A stretch of DNA of 64,000 nucleotides from an uncultured Opitutia bacterium (GCA_903830425.1 CAIKTR010000029.1:10396-74395); one strand, 5' to 3'; numbered from the stretch's first letter, positions 40,340 through 51,922 are shown. Translations and numbers: made by a program. The notes: generated by a model not told the origin, from the sequence alone.

Positions 40340-42364
40340 ATGCTCGCTCTCCTCTACCTCCTCCTGCTCGGGATGCTGGCCGGGCAGGTGCAGTCGCGGG
40401 TCGCGCTGCTGGCCTCGTTCCAGGGGCTGCCCCGGTACCTCGGCGCGCTCGGCCTGACGCTCTTCCTGGCCAACTGGATTAACTTCCTGCTCTACGCCCT
40501 CCTCGGCCCCGGGGGCCTGTACCTGCGGTGCTCCTGGGGCGTCCTGCTCCTGCTCCTGTTTTATTGGTCCAAGCTCTGGCTGCCGCACGCCGCCGGGCCC
40601 TCCCCCTGGGTCATCCCCGCCGCCCTCCGGCGCCTGCTCGCCGTGCGCACGTGGAACTATTGGTTTCTGTTCCTGGCCGCCTTTGTCCTCGTGCGGTTCT
40701 ATGCCGGGATTGATGCGGACGAGGAGGGCAACATCTGGAGCACCTTCAATTTCGTCGACACCCCGTTCCACCTCTCCGTCGCCAACGCGTTCCTGGGCGG
40801 AACGGGGTTTCCCCCGATGGACCTGGACATGGCGCCCTACCCGCTGAAGTACCATTTCCTCGCGGATTTCCACGTCGCCCACCTCGCGCGCCTCGGGCTG
40901 CCCGCCCTCCGGGCCCTGTGGCTGATGAACCTGGTGAGCGCCACCGTCATGGTCGGCGTCCTGTGGGGGGTGTTCGAACGCTGGCTCCAGCTCCCGCCCC
41001 GCTGGCTCATGCTCGCCGGCTTCGTCTTCCTCTTCCTCAACACGGCCCTTCTCAATGTGCTCCACTACGTCGTGCTGCAGCCCCGGTTCTTCAACCCGGA
41101 CAACCTGTTCCACGGCCTCCTGCGGTTTCCCTATTTCAACTTCGAGTCCGCCCAGTCGAACCTGCTGGAACCCCAGCGCGGGCTGCTCTTCAGCCTGCCG
41201 ATCCTGCTCCTCATCCTCCACGCCGCCTGCGGGGAAAAAGAGGACCCCGCCGTGCCGGCGGACGCGGCGGCATCCCGCACCCGGACCCTCGAGGCCTTCG
41301 TGCTGGCCTGCCTGCTCCCGCTCGCCCACATCGTCGGCTTCGCCGTGCTCTCCTGCAGCCTGGTCGCGCGGCTCTGGCAGCATCGGGTCTGGTTCCTTTC
41401 CCGCGGGTGGATCTGGGCGCCGGTCTTCGCCCTCGGGATCCTCCAACTGCTCTACCTCGGTTATTATGGCCCGCCCACCCACGCCCAGTTCTCGTCGTGG
41501 TCCCTCACCTCGTTTCCCGTCCAGGACTTCCAGACCTTGCCGCCGTACGCGCGCCGGCTGGCCTTCTGGTTCTTCGCCAACGGCGACTATTTTTTCTGGG
41601 GCGGCGTCTTCGCCGCGCTGGCCTGGGCCCGGCGGGCCGACCTCCAGCCCGCCTCCAACTCTTCCCTCGGCCTGTGGCAGTTCCTGCGGCAGTGGCGCTG
41701 GTACTTCGCCGTCTGCGGCGGCTTCTTCGCCCTGATCAACGTCTACCGCTACAGTCCCGACTGGGGCGACAGCAACAAGTTCGTCCTCTTCTTCAACCTA
41801 GGCCTGACCCTGGTGATCGTGCAGGGGGCCGCCCAGTGGATCGGGCGCCGGGGGCAGCTCCTCTCCCACGCCCTCTGGATCTTCTTCCTCGCGCTTTGCA
41901 TCGCCCCGCCCGCCTACGCCTTTTACCTGCGCGTGATCATCGCCCCCCACGGCGCCATCCTGCTCTTCGAGAAAAACGGGCGCAAAGCCGCCGAGTGGAC
42001 CAAGCAGCACCTGCCGCCGCGCGAGGTCATCCTCACCGCCGCCTACAACACGATGCACTGGGTGACTCCCCTCGCGGGCCGGCCCACCTTGGCCGGGATC
42101 TACGGGGACTCGAACCCCTACCGGCAGGATGAGCGCGCCGAGGCGATCCGCCGGATCTACGAGAACGGGGACCTGCCGCTCATCCAGCAGCTGGGGGTCC
42201 GGTACGTCTGCCTCTCCCGCAACGAACGCCGCAAATACCAGATCCATCCCCGCTGGACCCAGCTCATGGCCAGCGGCCAGGGCGTGGTCTTCCAGGCCGG
42301 CGAGGGCCCCGGCGACGCCCATGCGGTCTTCCTCTTCGACGCCAGCCGGTTTTCCCCGCCCTGA
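40340..42364 (+). CDS. large polytopic membrane protein, function unknown (GT-C-like architecture)
   Basis: 674 aa with many hydrophobic helices across about 500 aa, then a soluble C-terminal domain. No motif I can name. Confidence 0.6.
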   Translation: MLALLYLLLLGMLAGQVQSRVALLASFQGLPRYLGALGLTLFLANWINFLLYALLGPGGLYLRCSWGVLLLLLFYWSKLWLPHAAGPSPWVIPAALRRLLAVRTWNYWFLFLAAFVLVRFYAGIDADEEGNIWSTFNFVDTPFHLSVANAFLGGTGFPPMDLDMAPYPLKYHFLADFHVAHLARLGLPALRALWLMNLVSATVMVGVLWGVFERWLQLPPRWLMLAGFVFLFLNTALLNVLHYVVLQPRFFNPDNLFHGLLRFPYFNFESAQSNLLEPQRGLLFSLPILLLILHAACGEKEDPAVPADAAASRTRTLEAFVLACLLPLAHIVGFAVLSCSLVARLWQHRVWFLSRGWIWAPVFALGILQLLYLGYYGPPTHAQFSSWSLTSFPVQDFQTLPPYARRLAFWFFANGDYFFWGGVFAALAWARRADLQPASNSSLGLWQFLRQWRWYFAVCGGFFALINVYRYSPDWGDSNKFVLFFNLGLTLVIVQGAAQWIGRRGQLLSHALWIFFLALCIAPPAYAFYLRVIIAPHGAILLFEKNGRKAAEWTKQHLPPREVILTAAYNTMHWVTPLAGRPTLAGIYGDSNPYRQDERAEAIRRIYENGDLPLIQQLGVRYVCLSRNERRKYQIHPRWTQLMASGQGVVFQAGEGPGDAHAVFLFDASRFSPP

Positions 42365-42396
42365 CACCCGCAACCGGGCTCGACCCGCCCGCAGGC

Positions 42397-43227
42397 TCAG
42401 TCCGCCCGGTCCGCCGCCCCCGGGCAGCGCGCGTGCTTCAGCAGGAACTCCACGATCGGCGCCGGATCCGGCAGGCTGTGGGGCCGGTGCTTGCCGCCGG
42501 GCTTGATGATGACCTCGATCGTGCCGCCGGCCGCCCGATAGCGCTCCACCAGCACGCCGAGATTCTTTGCGTAGGGCACCGACTCGTCGGCGTCCCCGCT
42601 CACGCCTAGGATCGGGATGCCCGCGCGGACCACCGGCGCCAGACGATCGAGCGGGCTGACTTTCGCCGTCGCCACCTGCGCCTCGGTCAGGCCGTAGCAG
42701 GCCAGGCACTCGCGCCAGAGCGAATGCCGCGGCCCGGGCCAGCTCGTGATGTCCAGCGCCGGCGCATCGAGATAGAGCGCGGCCACCCGCTCGGGATACT
42801 CGGCGGCAAAGTTGAACGCATAGAGTCCGCCGCGGCTGAAGCCTTCCAGCACCACGCGCCGCGCCAGCCCGTAGTCGGCCGTCACCCGCCGGTAGTACGC
42901 GTCAAACAGCCGCATCGCCGGCGGCGCCCCGTACAGATCGGTGGCATTCATGTAGCCGAGGTGCCAGCCCCGCGCGAGCAGGGCGAGGGACGCCTGCGGC
43001 GCATGCTGGTCGCCGAACCACTCGGCCCGCCAGACCCAGGGATTCCCCGGGGCCGCCTGCGCCGGCAGGATCAGCAGCGCCGGCCGGCCCGCCACGACAA
43101 AGTCCAGCCGCCGGTACCCGTGCCACTCGGACACGGTGATCCCGGGGTTCAGCGCGCGGGCGGGCGGACTCAGGAGCACGAGCACGAGCCCGAGCAGCAA
43201 CCGGAACAGGGGGCGGGCGGTCAGCAT
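42397..43227 (-). CDS. secreted alpha/beta hydrolase (esterase-like)
   Basis: Signal peptide and the nucleophile elbow GFSRGG (GxSxG). Dienelactone hydrolase/esterase-like overall. It lies 4 nt downstream of the GH95-like gene. Confidence 0.75.
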   Translation of the reverse strand: MLTARPLFRLLLGLVLVLLSPPARALNPGITVSEWHGYRRLDFVVAGRPALLILPAQAAPGNPWVWRAEWFGDQHAPQASLALLARGWHLGYMNATDLYGAPPAMRLFDAYYRRVTADYGLARRVVLEGFSRGGLYAFNFAAEYPERVAALYLDAPALDITSWPGPRHSLWRECLACYGLTEAQVATAKVSPLDRLAPVVRAGIPILGVSGDADESVPYAKNLGVLVERYRAAGGTIEVIIKPGGKHRPHSLPDPAPIVEFLLKHARCPGAADRAD

Positions 43228-43231
43228 AAGT

Positions 43232-45592
43232 TCAGGGGGACATCCGCACGCCGGGATCCTTCGGCGCCACCGGCACGTCGTCCCGCATGGCCCCCGCGGG
43301 CGCCGGCGGCGGCGCCGCCGGCTTGGGCAGGGTCGCGGCGATCCGGTCGCGGGCCTTCACCCGGAACACAAAATCATCGCCCTCCCGGGCCGCCGGCGGG
43401 CGGCTCCACTGCGGGACGCGGCCGCCGAAGTTGTCGCGGATGCGCAGCTCGCCAGCGCGGGCCGCCACGACCTGGAACCAGGTGGTGGCGTTGTTCTCCC
43501 ACGTGGCCGAGACCTGGTGGCCGCCCTCGGCGACCAGATTGGCGAACGCCGCCTCGTGCCAGCGCCAGGGCATCGCCGGGAAGATCCGGATCGGCCCCTC
43601 CCCGCCCGCGCCGGGCCGGGCGTGCCAGCTCTGCAGCAGCATCTCGTGCACCGCGGCGCAGGCGAGAAAGTTCCCCTCCAGCGTGAACGGCCGGTAGTCC
43701 ATCGAGGAAAAGCCCGTCTTCGTCTGGTCGCCATTCGCATGGAACCCGTTGCGCAGGGTGAACGCCTGCAGGTACGCCTGGAGGTGCCACAGCGCCGCCT
43801 CCGGCTCGCCGATGCGCGCGCGCAGGGCCGCCATCCAGCTGTAGCTGTAGCCGCACCACTCGACCACCCCCAGCCGGTCGATCTCCGCCACGCTGGCGCG
43901 GATCACCGCGCGGTCCGCGTCCGTCCCCTCGATCGTCAGCAGGTTGAAGGGGTACACGCCCATCACCGTCGCGAGATGCCGGTGGCTGAAGGTCAGGTCC
44001 TCATCCGGCGAGAGCTTCAGCTGCTGGCGGGCGTTGACGTGCAGGGGCCCGAGGCCGGCCGCCAGCCGGCCCCATTCCTGCGCCGCCGCCCGGTCGCCCA
44101 GCTGCGCCGCCATCTCCGCGTTGCCCAGGAAGAGCATGCGCAGGCAGGCCAGGTCGTAGTTGGAGTTGGGCTGCACCCACGCCCGCTGGCTGTTGTTCCA
44201 CGCCTCCGGCGAGGCCGACAGCGGCAGCACCAGCATGCCGTGCGCATCCGGCCGCAGCATCGCCCGCAGCGCCTCGCCAATCTCGCGGCACCACGGATAC
44301 GCCTCCTCCCGGAGGAATTTTTCATCCCGGGTGTAGCGCCAGTGCAGGTAAAACAGGTGCCCCACCCACGCGCCGTGCACCGGCGCCAGGCTGTACTGCG
44401 CCCAGCCCCCGAGCGGCTGCCCCGCCAGCGTCATCACGGCCGGCACCGCCGCCCCCGGCTGCCCCAGAAACTCCCGCGCATACCGCCGGAACGCCGGCAG
44501 CCGGTCGTGCATGAAGTCCAGAAACACCCGCCCTTCCGCGAACCGGCCGGACGCCTGGTAGCCCATGTAGGTCATCTGGGTGTTGAGGTCGTGGTGATAG
44601 TCCCCCTTCCACGGCGGCAGCTCGCCCGCGTCGGCGGTCCAGACCCCCTGCAGCGGCATCGGCGGCGCCCCCGCGCGCGAGGCCGCGCCGTAGAAATACT
44701 GCACCAGCCGATAGTGCCGGAGCACCGCGGCGTCGGGGAGCGTCACCGAGGACTTCGCCCAGAAATCATGCCACCACGCGTCGTGCGCCACCCGCCGGTC
44801 CGCATAGCCGGCCGCCAGCGCCGCCTCCACCCGGGCCCGCGCCACCGCCACCACGTCCGCCCCGTCCGCCGGCGAGTAGGTCACCGTCGTCGCCACCAGC
44901 GTCTCCGCGCCCAGCCGCCGGGTGCCGGCATACACGCAGCTGACGTGGCCCTCGGCCGTGGCCTGCGTGAACCACTCGGCCGTGTCGCTGTGCCCGCGCA
45001 CCGGGGCGGGATAACCCAGCCGCCGGACGGACTCCGGCGCGAGCAGCCGCAGCGCGCGCGGCGCGGCGCCGGGCAGCCGCAGCAGGGCCACGGGTTCCGC
45101 CGCGCTGAAAAACGCCTCCACCGCCCCGGCCCCGCCCGCCAGCCGCGCCCGGCCCGTGGCGGCCGCCAGATCCAGCTCAAAGGCCGTCACCGCCTGGCCC
45201 GCGGCCAGGTCCAGCTCCAGCCGGCCCGCCGGGATCTTCGTCGGGTGGGCCTGATCATACGCCCCATCCACCACCCGGCTGATGCCGGCATTGTCCTTCG
45301 CCGCGACCAGCTGCTGGATCTTCGCGTAGGTGAAGCCGGCCAGCGGGTTGCCCGGCGCCGGCCGCTCGTCCCACAGGTCGCCGCGATCCAGCGACAGGCG
45401 CAGCGTGCCGCCCTCGCCCCAGAGCAGTCCGCCCAGCAGGCCGTTGCCGAGGGGAATCGCCTCGTCCCAGGTGGTGATCGGTGCGGCCAGCGTGAGTTGC
45501 ATCGCGTCAGCGCGGCTGGGCGCGGCCCGCGCCGCGACCCACCCCAGCAGCCCGCCGGCCACCAGAGTCGCCCAAAGGGAGGTTGTTTTCAT
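43232..45592 (-). CDS. glycoside hydrolase family 95-like protein (alpha-L-fucosidase type)
   Basis: The N-terminal WDEAIPLGNGLLGGLLWGEGGTLRLSLDRGDLWDER pattern is typical of the GH95 N-domain, and the (alpha/alpha)6-size body fits. The start at MKTTSLWATL (45592) gives a signal peptide. Confidence 0.75.
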   Translation of the reverse strand: MKTTSLWATLVAGGLLGWVAARAAPSRADAMQLTLAAPITTWDEAIPLGNGLLGGLLWGEGGTLRLSLDRGDLWDERPAPGNPLAGFTYAKIQQLVAAKDNAGISRVVDGAYDQAHPTKIPAGRLELDLAAGQAVTAFELDLAAATGRARLAGGAGAVEAFFSAAEPVALLRLPGAAPRALRLLAPESVRRLGYPAPVRGHSDTAEWFTQATAEGHVSCVYAGTRRLGAETLVATTVTYSPADGADVVAVARARVEAALAAGYADRRVAHDAWWHDFWAKSSVTLPDAAVLRHYRLVQYFYGAASRAGAPPMPLQGVWTADAGELPPWKGDYHHDLNTQMTYMGYQASGRFAEGRVFLDFMHDRLPAFRRYAREFLGQPGAAVPAVMTLAGQPLGGWAQYSLAPVHGAWVGHLFYLHWRYTRDEKFLREEAYPWCREIGEALRAMLRPDAHGMLVLPLSASPEAWNNSQRAWVQPNSNYDLACLRMLFLGNAEMAAQLGDRAAAQEWGRLAAGLGPLHVNARQQLKLSPDEDLTFSHRHLATVMGVYPFNLLTIEGTDADRAVIRASVAEIDRLGVVEWCGYSYSWMAALRARIGEPEAALWHLQAYLQAFTLRNGFHANGDQTKTGFSSMDYRPFTLEGNFLACAAVHEMLLQSWHARPGAGGEGPIRIFPAMPWRWHEAAFANLVAEGGHQVSATWENNATTWFQVVAARAGELRIRDNFGGRVPQWSRPPAAREGDDFVFRVKARDRIAATLPKPAAPPPAPAGAMRDDVPVAPKDPGVRMSP

Positions 45593-45754
45593 CGGAGTGC
45601 AGGACCGCTTGGTTAAAGCGGCCCGCCGCACGCACGGGAAGCGTTTTCCCGCGGAGCCGTTCCGCCCGCATCCGCGCCGGCCGGCCGATCCGGGCACGCG
45701 ATGGGGTTGACGCCCCGGCGGCAAGCCATCAGTAGATTTTGACGAGCGCGCGTC

Positions 45755-46717
45755 ATGAATTTAACGGCTGAAATCATCTCTCTCCTGACCGACGAGGCCT
45801 ATGCGGTGCTCTGTCAGGAATCCCTGCAGGAGGCCCTGGCCAAGCTCAGCGTGGAAAAGGAGGAGATCCTCAGCACGCGGCCGCCGTTTGGCGTCCTGGC
45901 CACCAGCCAGACGCGGCTGGTTTTCCAGACCTCGCTGCGGTCCGCCCTCGACAACGAGGCGGGCCTGCGCGCCCGGCTCGATCAGCTGGAGCAGATCGAC
46001 GTCTGGCTCAAGGCCGAGCTGGAGCAGGCCCTGCGCAGCCACCTGCCCAGCATCAGCGGCGATTACCGCACCTGCCTCGAGGCGGCCTTCGTGGTGACCC
46101 GTTGGGAACAGGCCATCGCAAGCCTCCACGACATCAGCCTGGCCCTCGCCCGCGACGCCCGCGGCCTGGCCGCCGCAATCAACCCGATGCCCACGCCCAG
46201 CGCCCCGCGGCCCTCGGACGCCCTCATCGAGCAGTCCCGCCTCCGCGCCCTCGCCAATCTCCGCATCACCGTGGTCGCCATCCAGTCGGGCGTGGCCGAC
46301 GTCCTGGAGATCCGCGACCAGTTCAAGCAGCTCTGCGACGCCGAGGCCGACGGGCTGCAGCTGCCGCTGCCGCCGGACTTCCGCAACCTCGCCTGGGTGG
46401 ACCGCCTGGCGGCGCTCTCGGGCGGCCAGGCCACCGGCGAGGCCGTCCGGTGCGAGGCCGAGGCCCGCGGCTTTTGCGGCGACGGCCTCAAGGGGCTGCT
46501 CAGCCAGTCCGCCGAGGTCCGCGAGGCCTGCCTCGCGGCCGGCCAGGCGATCCTCGCGCAGCACTGGCGCCAGCTGCGCGCCCATGCCCAGGCCCATTTT
46601 GTCCAGGAGCGCGACGTCGACGAGGTGATCGCGGAACTCTCCCGGCACCGGCAGGCGGCCGAGACCGCCCGCCGCCAGACGAGCTTCGAGGCCGCCCAGG
46701 TGTCGACCTGGCGCTGA
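45755..46717 (+). CDS. hypothetical protein, predicted all-helical
   Basis: 320-aa ORF with normal composition (Leu/Ala/Glu/Gln-rich, heptad-like stretches). No signal peptide or TM, and no recognised motif. Confidence 0.55.
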   Translation: MNLTAEIISLLTDEAYAVLCQESLQEALAKLSVEKEEILSTRPPFGVLATSQTRLVFQTSLRSALDNEAGLRARLDQLEQIDVWLKAELEQALRSHLPSISGDYRTCLEAAFVVTRWEQAIASLHDISLALARDARGLAAAINPMPTPSAPRPSDALIEQSRLRALANLRITVVAIQSGVADVLEIRDQFKQLCDAEADGLQLPLPPDFRNLAWVDRLAALSGGQATGEAVRCEAEARGFCGDGLKGLLSQSAEVREACLAAGQAILAQHWRQLRAHAQAHFVQERDVDEVIAELSRHRQAAETARRQTSFEAAQVSTWR

Positions 46718-46773
46718 GCGCCCGGCCGACCCGCGCTGGCTTTTTTCCCGCTCCCGGCCCAGCCTCGCCCGCC

Positions 46774-47355
46774 ATGTCCAAGGTCTATTTCTACTACGCG
46801 GCCATGAATGCCGGCAAGAGCACCGTGCTGCTCCAGTCCAGCTACAACTACCAGGAGCGCGGCATGCGCACCCTGATGTTCGCCCCGGTGCTCGACACCC
46901 GCGCCGGCTACGGCCGCATCCAGTCCCGCATCGGCCTCGCCTCCGACGCCCTCCCGCTCCACGCCGGCGACAACCTGCTGGAACAGGTGCGCACCGCCCA
47001 CGCCGCCGCCCCGGTCTCCTGCGTGCTGGTCGACGAGGCCCAGTTTCTCACCCCCGCCCAAGTCGGCCAGCTCACCGACGTCGCCGACGAGCTGCGCATC
47101 CCCGTCCTCTGCTACGGGCTGCGCACCGACTTCCAGGCCCAGCTGTTCCCCGGCAGCGCCGCCCTCCTCGCCGTCGCCGACAACCTGATCGAGCTGAAAA
47201 CCATCTGTCACTGCGGACGCAAGGCGACGATGAACCTGCGCGTCACCGCGGACGGCCACGCCGTCAAGGCGGGCGCCCAGGTGGAGATCGGCGGCAACGA
47301 GCGCTACGTCGCCGTCTGCCGCCGCCATTTCAAGTCGGCGCTGGGCCCGGCCTGA
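46774..47355 (+). CDS. tdk: thymidine kinase
   Basis: P-loop [16 protein letters not shown], and zinc-ribbon cysteines ICHCGRKA ... VCRRH. Confidence 0.9.
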   Translation: MSKVYFYYAAMNAGKSTVLLQSSYNYQERGMRTLMFAPVLDTRAGYGRIQSRIGLASDALPLHAGDNLLEQVRTAHAAAPVSCVLVDEAQFLTPAQVGQLTDVADELRIPVLCYGLRTDFQAQLFPGSAALLAVADNLIELKTICHCGRKATMNLRVTADGHAVKAGAQVEIGGNERYVAVCRRHFKSALGPA

Positions 47356-47368
47356 CCCGCGCCGTGCC

Positions 47369-48463
47369 ATGCGCTGGCTGCCCTTCCTGCTCATGACCCT
47401 CCCCGCCTCCGCCGCCAGCGTGCCGTTGTTTGTCGGCACCTACACCCGCACCACCAGCCGCGGCATCTACGCGCTCCGCCTCGACCTGGCCACCGGCGCG
47501 TTGTCCGCCCCCGTCCTCGCCGCCGCCACCCCCAATCCGTCCTTCCTCGCCTTCTCGCCGGACCGGAAAGTGCTCTACGCCGTGAGCGAGTCCGGCGCCA
47601 TGGCCACGGCCTTCGCCGCGGACCTCGCCACCGGCCGGCTCCAGGCCCTCCAGTCGCCCCAGGCCGCGGGCGGCGTGGCCCCCTGCCACCTCGCGGTCGA
47701 TCCGACGCAGCGGGCCCTGGTCGTGGCCAATTATCACACCGGGATCGTCGCGGCGATCCCCCTCCGCCCCGACGGCACGCTCGGCGCGCCCAACGTGGTC
47801 CCCCACTCCGGCCACAGCGTCGATCCCGTGCGCCAGACTTCGCCCCACGTGCACTCGGTCACCCTCTCGCCCGACGGGCGCTTCGTGATCGTGTGCGACC
47901 TCGGGCTCGACCGCATTTTCACCTATCAGCTCGCGGCCGAGCGCGCCGGGCTCACGCCCGCCACGCCGCCCTTTGTGGCCACCGCCCCCGGCTCCGGGCC
48001 GCGGCACTTCGCCTTCGGCGCCGACGGCCGCCACGCCTACGCCCTGACCGAGCTGGGCAACACCGTCCTGGTCTTCGACTACCAGGCCGCCACCGGCGCC
48101 CTCACCACCCGGCAGACCCTCTCCACCCTGCCGGCCGATTTTTCCGGGGCCTCCTCCGGCGCCGAGATCCGCGTCCACCCCAACGGCCGCTTCGTCTACG
48201 CCTCCAACCGGGGCCACGACAGCCTCGCCGTGTTCGCCGTGGAGGTCGCCACCGGCCGGCTCACGCTCGTCCAGCACGCGCCCTGCGGCGGGAAAAACCC
48301 CCGTAATTTTGCGCTCTCACCCGACGGGCAGTGGCTGGTGTGCGCCAACCAGAACTCCGACTCACTGACCGTGCTGCGCGTCGACGACCAAAGCGGGCGC
48401 CTGACCCTGACCGGCCAGACCGCGGCCGTGGGCCTGCCCGTCTGCGTGCGGTTCGCCCCCTAG
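47369..48463 (+). CDS. pgl: lactonase-family 7-bladed beta-propeller protein (6-phosphogluconolactonase type)
   Basis: The YVGTYT-like start (FVGTYT), HSVTLSPDGRFV, FVYASNRGHDSLAVF and NPRNFALSPDGQWL are typical of the YbhE/Pgl lactonase family. Confidence 0.8.
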   Translation: MRWLPFLLMTLPASAASVPLFVGTYTRTTSRGIYALRLDLATGALSAPVLAAATPNPSFLAFSPDRKVLYAVSESGAMATAFAADLATGRLQALQSPQAAGGVAPCHLAVDPTQRALVVANYHTGIVAAIPLRPDGTLGAPNVVPHSGHSVDPVRQTSPHVHSVTLSPDGRFVIVCDLGLDRIFTYQLAAERAGLTPATPPFVATAPGSGPRHFAFGADGRHAYALTELGNTVLVFDYQAATGALTTRQTLSTLPADFSGASSGAEIRVHPNGRFVYASNRGHDSLAVFAVEVATGRLTLVQHAPCGGKNPRNFALSPDGQWLVCANQNSDSLTVLRVDDQSGRLTLTGQTAAVGLPVCVRFAP

Positions 48464-48865
48464 CCGGGTGCCGTGGCCGCCGGCCGCGCGGCGCGGAAAC
48501 GCCGCCACCAGGCTCGCGCACAGTTCCTGGCGCGTGTAGGGCTTGGGCAGCACCGCATGCGCGCCACACGACTGCGCGATCTCCAGATAGGTCTCGCGCG
48601 CGATCCGCCCTCCCCCAGACGAGGCGATGATGCGCACGGCCGGATGCTTGCGGCGCAGCTCGGCGATCACCTCCAGCCCGTCCCGGTCGGGCATCAGCAG
48701 GTCGGTGAGCACCACATCGAACCGCTGCTCCGCGAGCAGGCGCAGGGCGACCTGGCCATTGCTGGCCCCGCGCACCCGGTGACCCTCCCGCTCCAGGAGG
48801 AGCCGGGCCAGTTCACGGATGTCGGCATCATCATCAACCACCAGAATCTGGTACGCGGTAGGCAT
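48362..48865 (-). CDS. single-domain (CheY-like) response regulator with unstructured C-terminal tail
   Basis: ILVVDDD, the phospho-acceptor context DVVLTDLLMPDRDG, and the conserved Lys in LPKP. The last ~34 codons run antisense through the 3' end of pgl. Confidence 0.75.
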   Translation of the reverse strand: MPTAYQILVVDDDADIRELARLLLEREGHRVRGASNGQVALRLLAEQRFDVVLTDLLMPDRDGLEVIAELRRKHPAVRIIASSGGGRIARETYLEIAQSCGAHAVLPKPYTRQELCASLVAAFPRRAAGGHGTRLGGEPHADGQAHGRGLAGQGQAPALVVDAQHGQ

Positions 48866-49020
48866 GGGCGGGACGCCGAAAGTGCGGAGTTCCGCGCGCC
48901 CCACAAGTCTCCTTCTGCTAATAATCCGTAAAAACCGCCCCGCCGTTCGGCGTGAAAAATCACCGGGCGGTCCGCGCGCAGGCTTGCGGGGGCGGCCGCT
49001 CTGCGGCACAGCCCCTAGCC

Positions 49021-49833
49021 ATGGCTTCACTCGACCTGCACTCCCCCTACCCGCTCCGCGCCGGCCAGATCGACCAGTTTCGCCGCGACGGCTACCTCAA
49101 GCTCAAGGACGTGCTCTCCGCCGAGGTCCTGGGCCATTACGGGCCGATCATCACCTCCGAGGTCTACCGCCTCAACACGATGCACCTGCCGCTCGCGGAG
49201 CGCGACACCTACCACAAGGCGTTCCTCCAGGTCGGCAACATCTGGACCAAGAACGAGACGGTGAAGGAATTCTGCTGGGGCCAGCGCCTCGCCCGCCTCG
49301 CGGCCGAGCTGCTCGGCGTCCGCGGCGTGCGGATGTACCACGACCAGGCGCTCTACAAGGAGCCGGGCGGCGGGGTCACCCCGTGGCACGCCGACCAGTA
49401 CTACTGGCCGCTGAGCAACGCCAACACCGTGACCGCCTGGATCCCGCTCCAGGCCGTGCCGCAGGAAATGGGCCCGCTCGCCTTCGCCCAGGGCAGCCAC
49501 CGGTTCGAGGCCGGACGCGAGCTCGGCATCAGCGACGAGAGCGAGGAGCACATCGGCCGCTCGATGAAGGAGCAGAACTACCCCCTCGACGACACCCCCT
49601 TCGACCTCGGCGAGGTCAGCTTCCACTACGGCTGGACCTTCCACCGCGCCGGACCGAACGTCTCCCGCCAGCCCCGCGCCGTCATGACCATCATCTACAT
49701 GGATGAGGACATCCGCCTCCTCGCCCCCCACACCAAGGCCCGCGAGCAGGACCGCGCAGTCTTCGCCGCCGACGTCGAGGTCGGGGCCGTCATGAATGGC
49801 AAAATGACGCCGGTGCTCTACCACGCGGGCTGA
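49021..49833 (+). CDS. phytanoyl-CoA dioxygenase (PhyH) family protein
   Basis: QFRRDGYLKL and the WHADQ (HxD) iron motif, plus a distal His in FHYGWTFHRAG. 270 aa. Confidence 0.75.
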   Translation: MASLDLHSPYPLRAGQIDQFRRDGYLKLKDVLSAEVLGHYGPIITSEVYRLNTMHLPLAERDTYHKAFLQVGNIWTKNETVKEFCWGQRLARLAAELLGVRGVRMYHDQALYKEPGGGVTPWHADQYYWPLSNANTVTAWIPLQAVPQEMGPLAFAQGSHRFEAGRELGISDESEEHIGRSMKEQNYPLDDTPFDLGEVSFHYGWTFHRAGPNVSRQPRAVMTIIYMDEDIRLLAPHTKAREQDRAVFAADVEVGAVMNGKMTPVLYHAG

Positions 49834-49933
49834 GGCGGCCGGCCGCGGCCGCCGCACCCGCGCGGATCATCCTGACGGCCGGCCCCCTTGTCCTTGCTCC
49901 CGCTCAGGCGGGGGTCCACCGTGTCCCCTCGCG

Positions 49934-51220
<1,287 letters not shown>

Positions 51221-51256
51221 GCGCCGACCTTCGGCCCGGCGGGCGGACCTCCGCCC

Positions 51257-51556
51257 TTACGCGGCGTCGTAGATCTGCACCTTCGTCCAATCGCCGCGGA
51301 AGCGCTCGAGGAACGCCAGGTGCAGCGGGTCGGTCTGGTAGGCGGTCTGGCCCGCCACGTCCTGGAACACGCCGGTGAGCGCGAACGTGTAGGTGGCGTC
51401 GAGCACCGGGCGCGGCGGCAGGGGCGCCGGCGTGCCGATGTGCAGGGACTGGAGCGACGAGATCCCGGCGAGGGATTCGAGCCCGCGGCGGAACTCCGCC
51501 CGCCGGGCCTCCGTGAGTTCGGGTTTCAGCCAGAAAAAGACCGAGTGGATCAACAT
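51257..51556 (-). CDS. Dabb (stress-responsive alpha-beta barrel) family protein
   Basis: MLIHSVFFWLK ... LHIGTP ... AYQTDPLHLAF is the Dabb pattern. The start is placed at 51556. The ORF maximum is 51583. Confidence 0.75.
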   Translation of the reverse strand: MLIHSVFFWLKPELTEARRAEFRRGLESLAGISSLQSLHIGTPAPLPPRPVLDATYTFALTGVFQDVAGQTAYQTDPLHLAFLERFRGDWTKVQIYDAA

Positions 51557-51608
51557 GGGAGCCCCAGCCCAGCCCGCGGCCACGGGTTTGGCAAGCCCCG
51601 GCCCGCGC

Positions 51609-51827
51609 TCAGCGGTCCGGCCGCCAGCGCCGCAGGAGATAGATCACCAGCGGGGGCAGCGGCAGCAGCGACGCCGCCAGCAGCAGGCCCAGCACCTGCC
51701 CCAGGCCCTTGGGCGCGGTCACCCAAAAGCCGGCCGCGATCGCGGCGACCAGCACGGCGTGGACCTTGAACACCCGGATTTCCGCCGGGGTAAAACCCAC
51801 GGGGCGTTTTTCTTTGGGCTGGTTCAT
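51609..51827 (-). CDS. small two-helix membrane protein, function unknown
   Basis: 72-aa ORF with two hydrophobic segments (HAVLVAAIAAGFWV, VLGLLLAASLLPLPPLVIYLL). It is co-directional between the ATPase genes and the Dabb gene. Confidence 0.45.
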   Translation of the reverse strand: MNQPKEKRPVGFTPAEIRVFKVHAVLVAAIAAGFWVTAPKGLGQVLGLLLAASLLPLPPLVIYLLRRWRPDR

Positions 51828-51922
51828 GGGAGTAAGGGGATGAGCCCGACAGGCATGCCCGCACCTTGGACCCGCAGCGGGGGCGCGGCGAGCACCGTCA
51901 GCCTCCCGGGCGGCGCGGCGGC

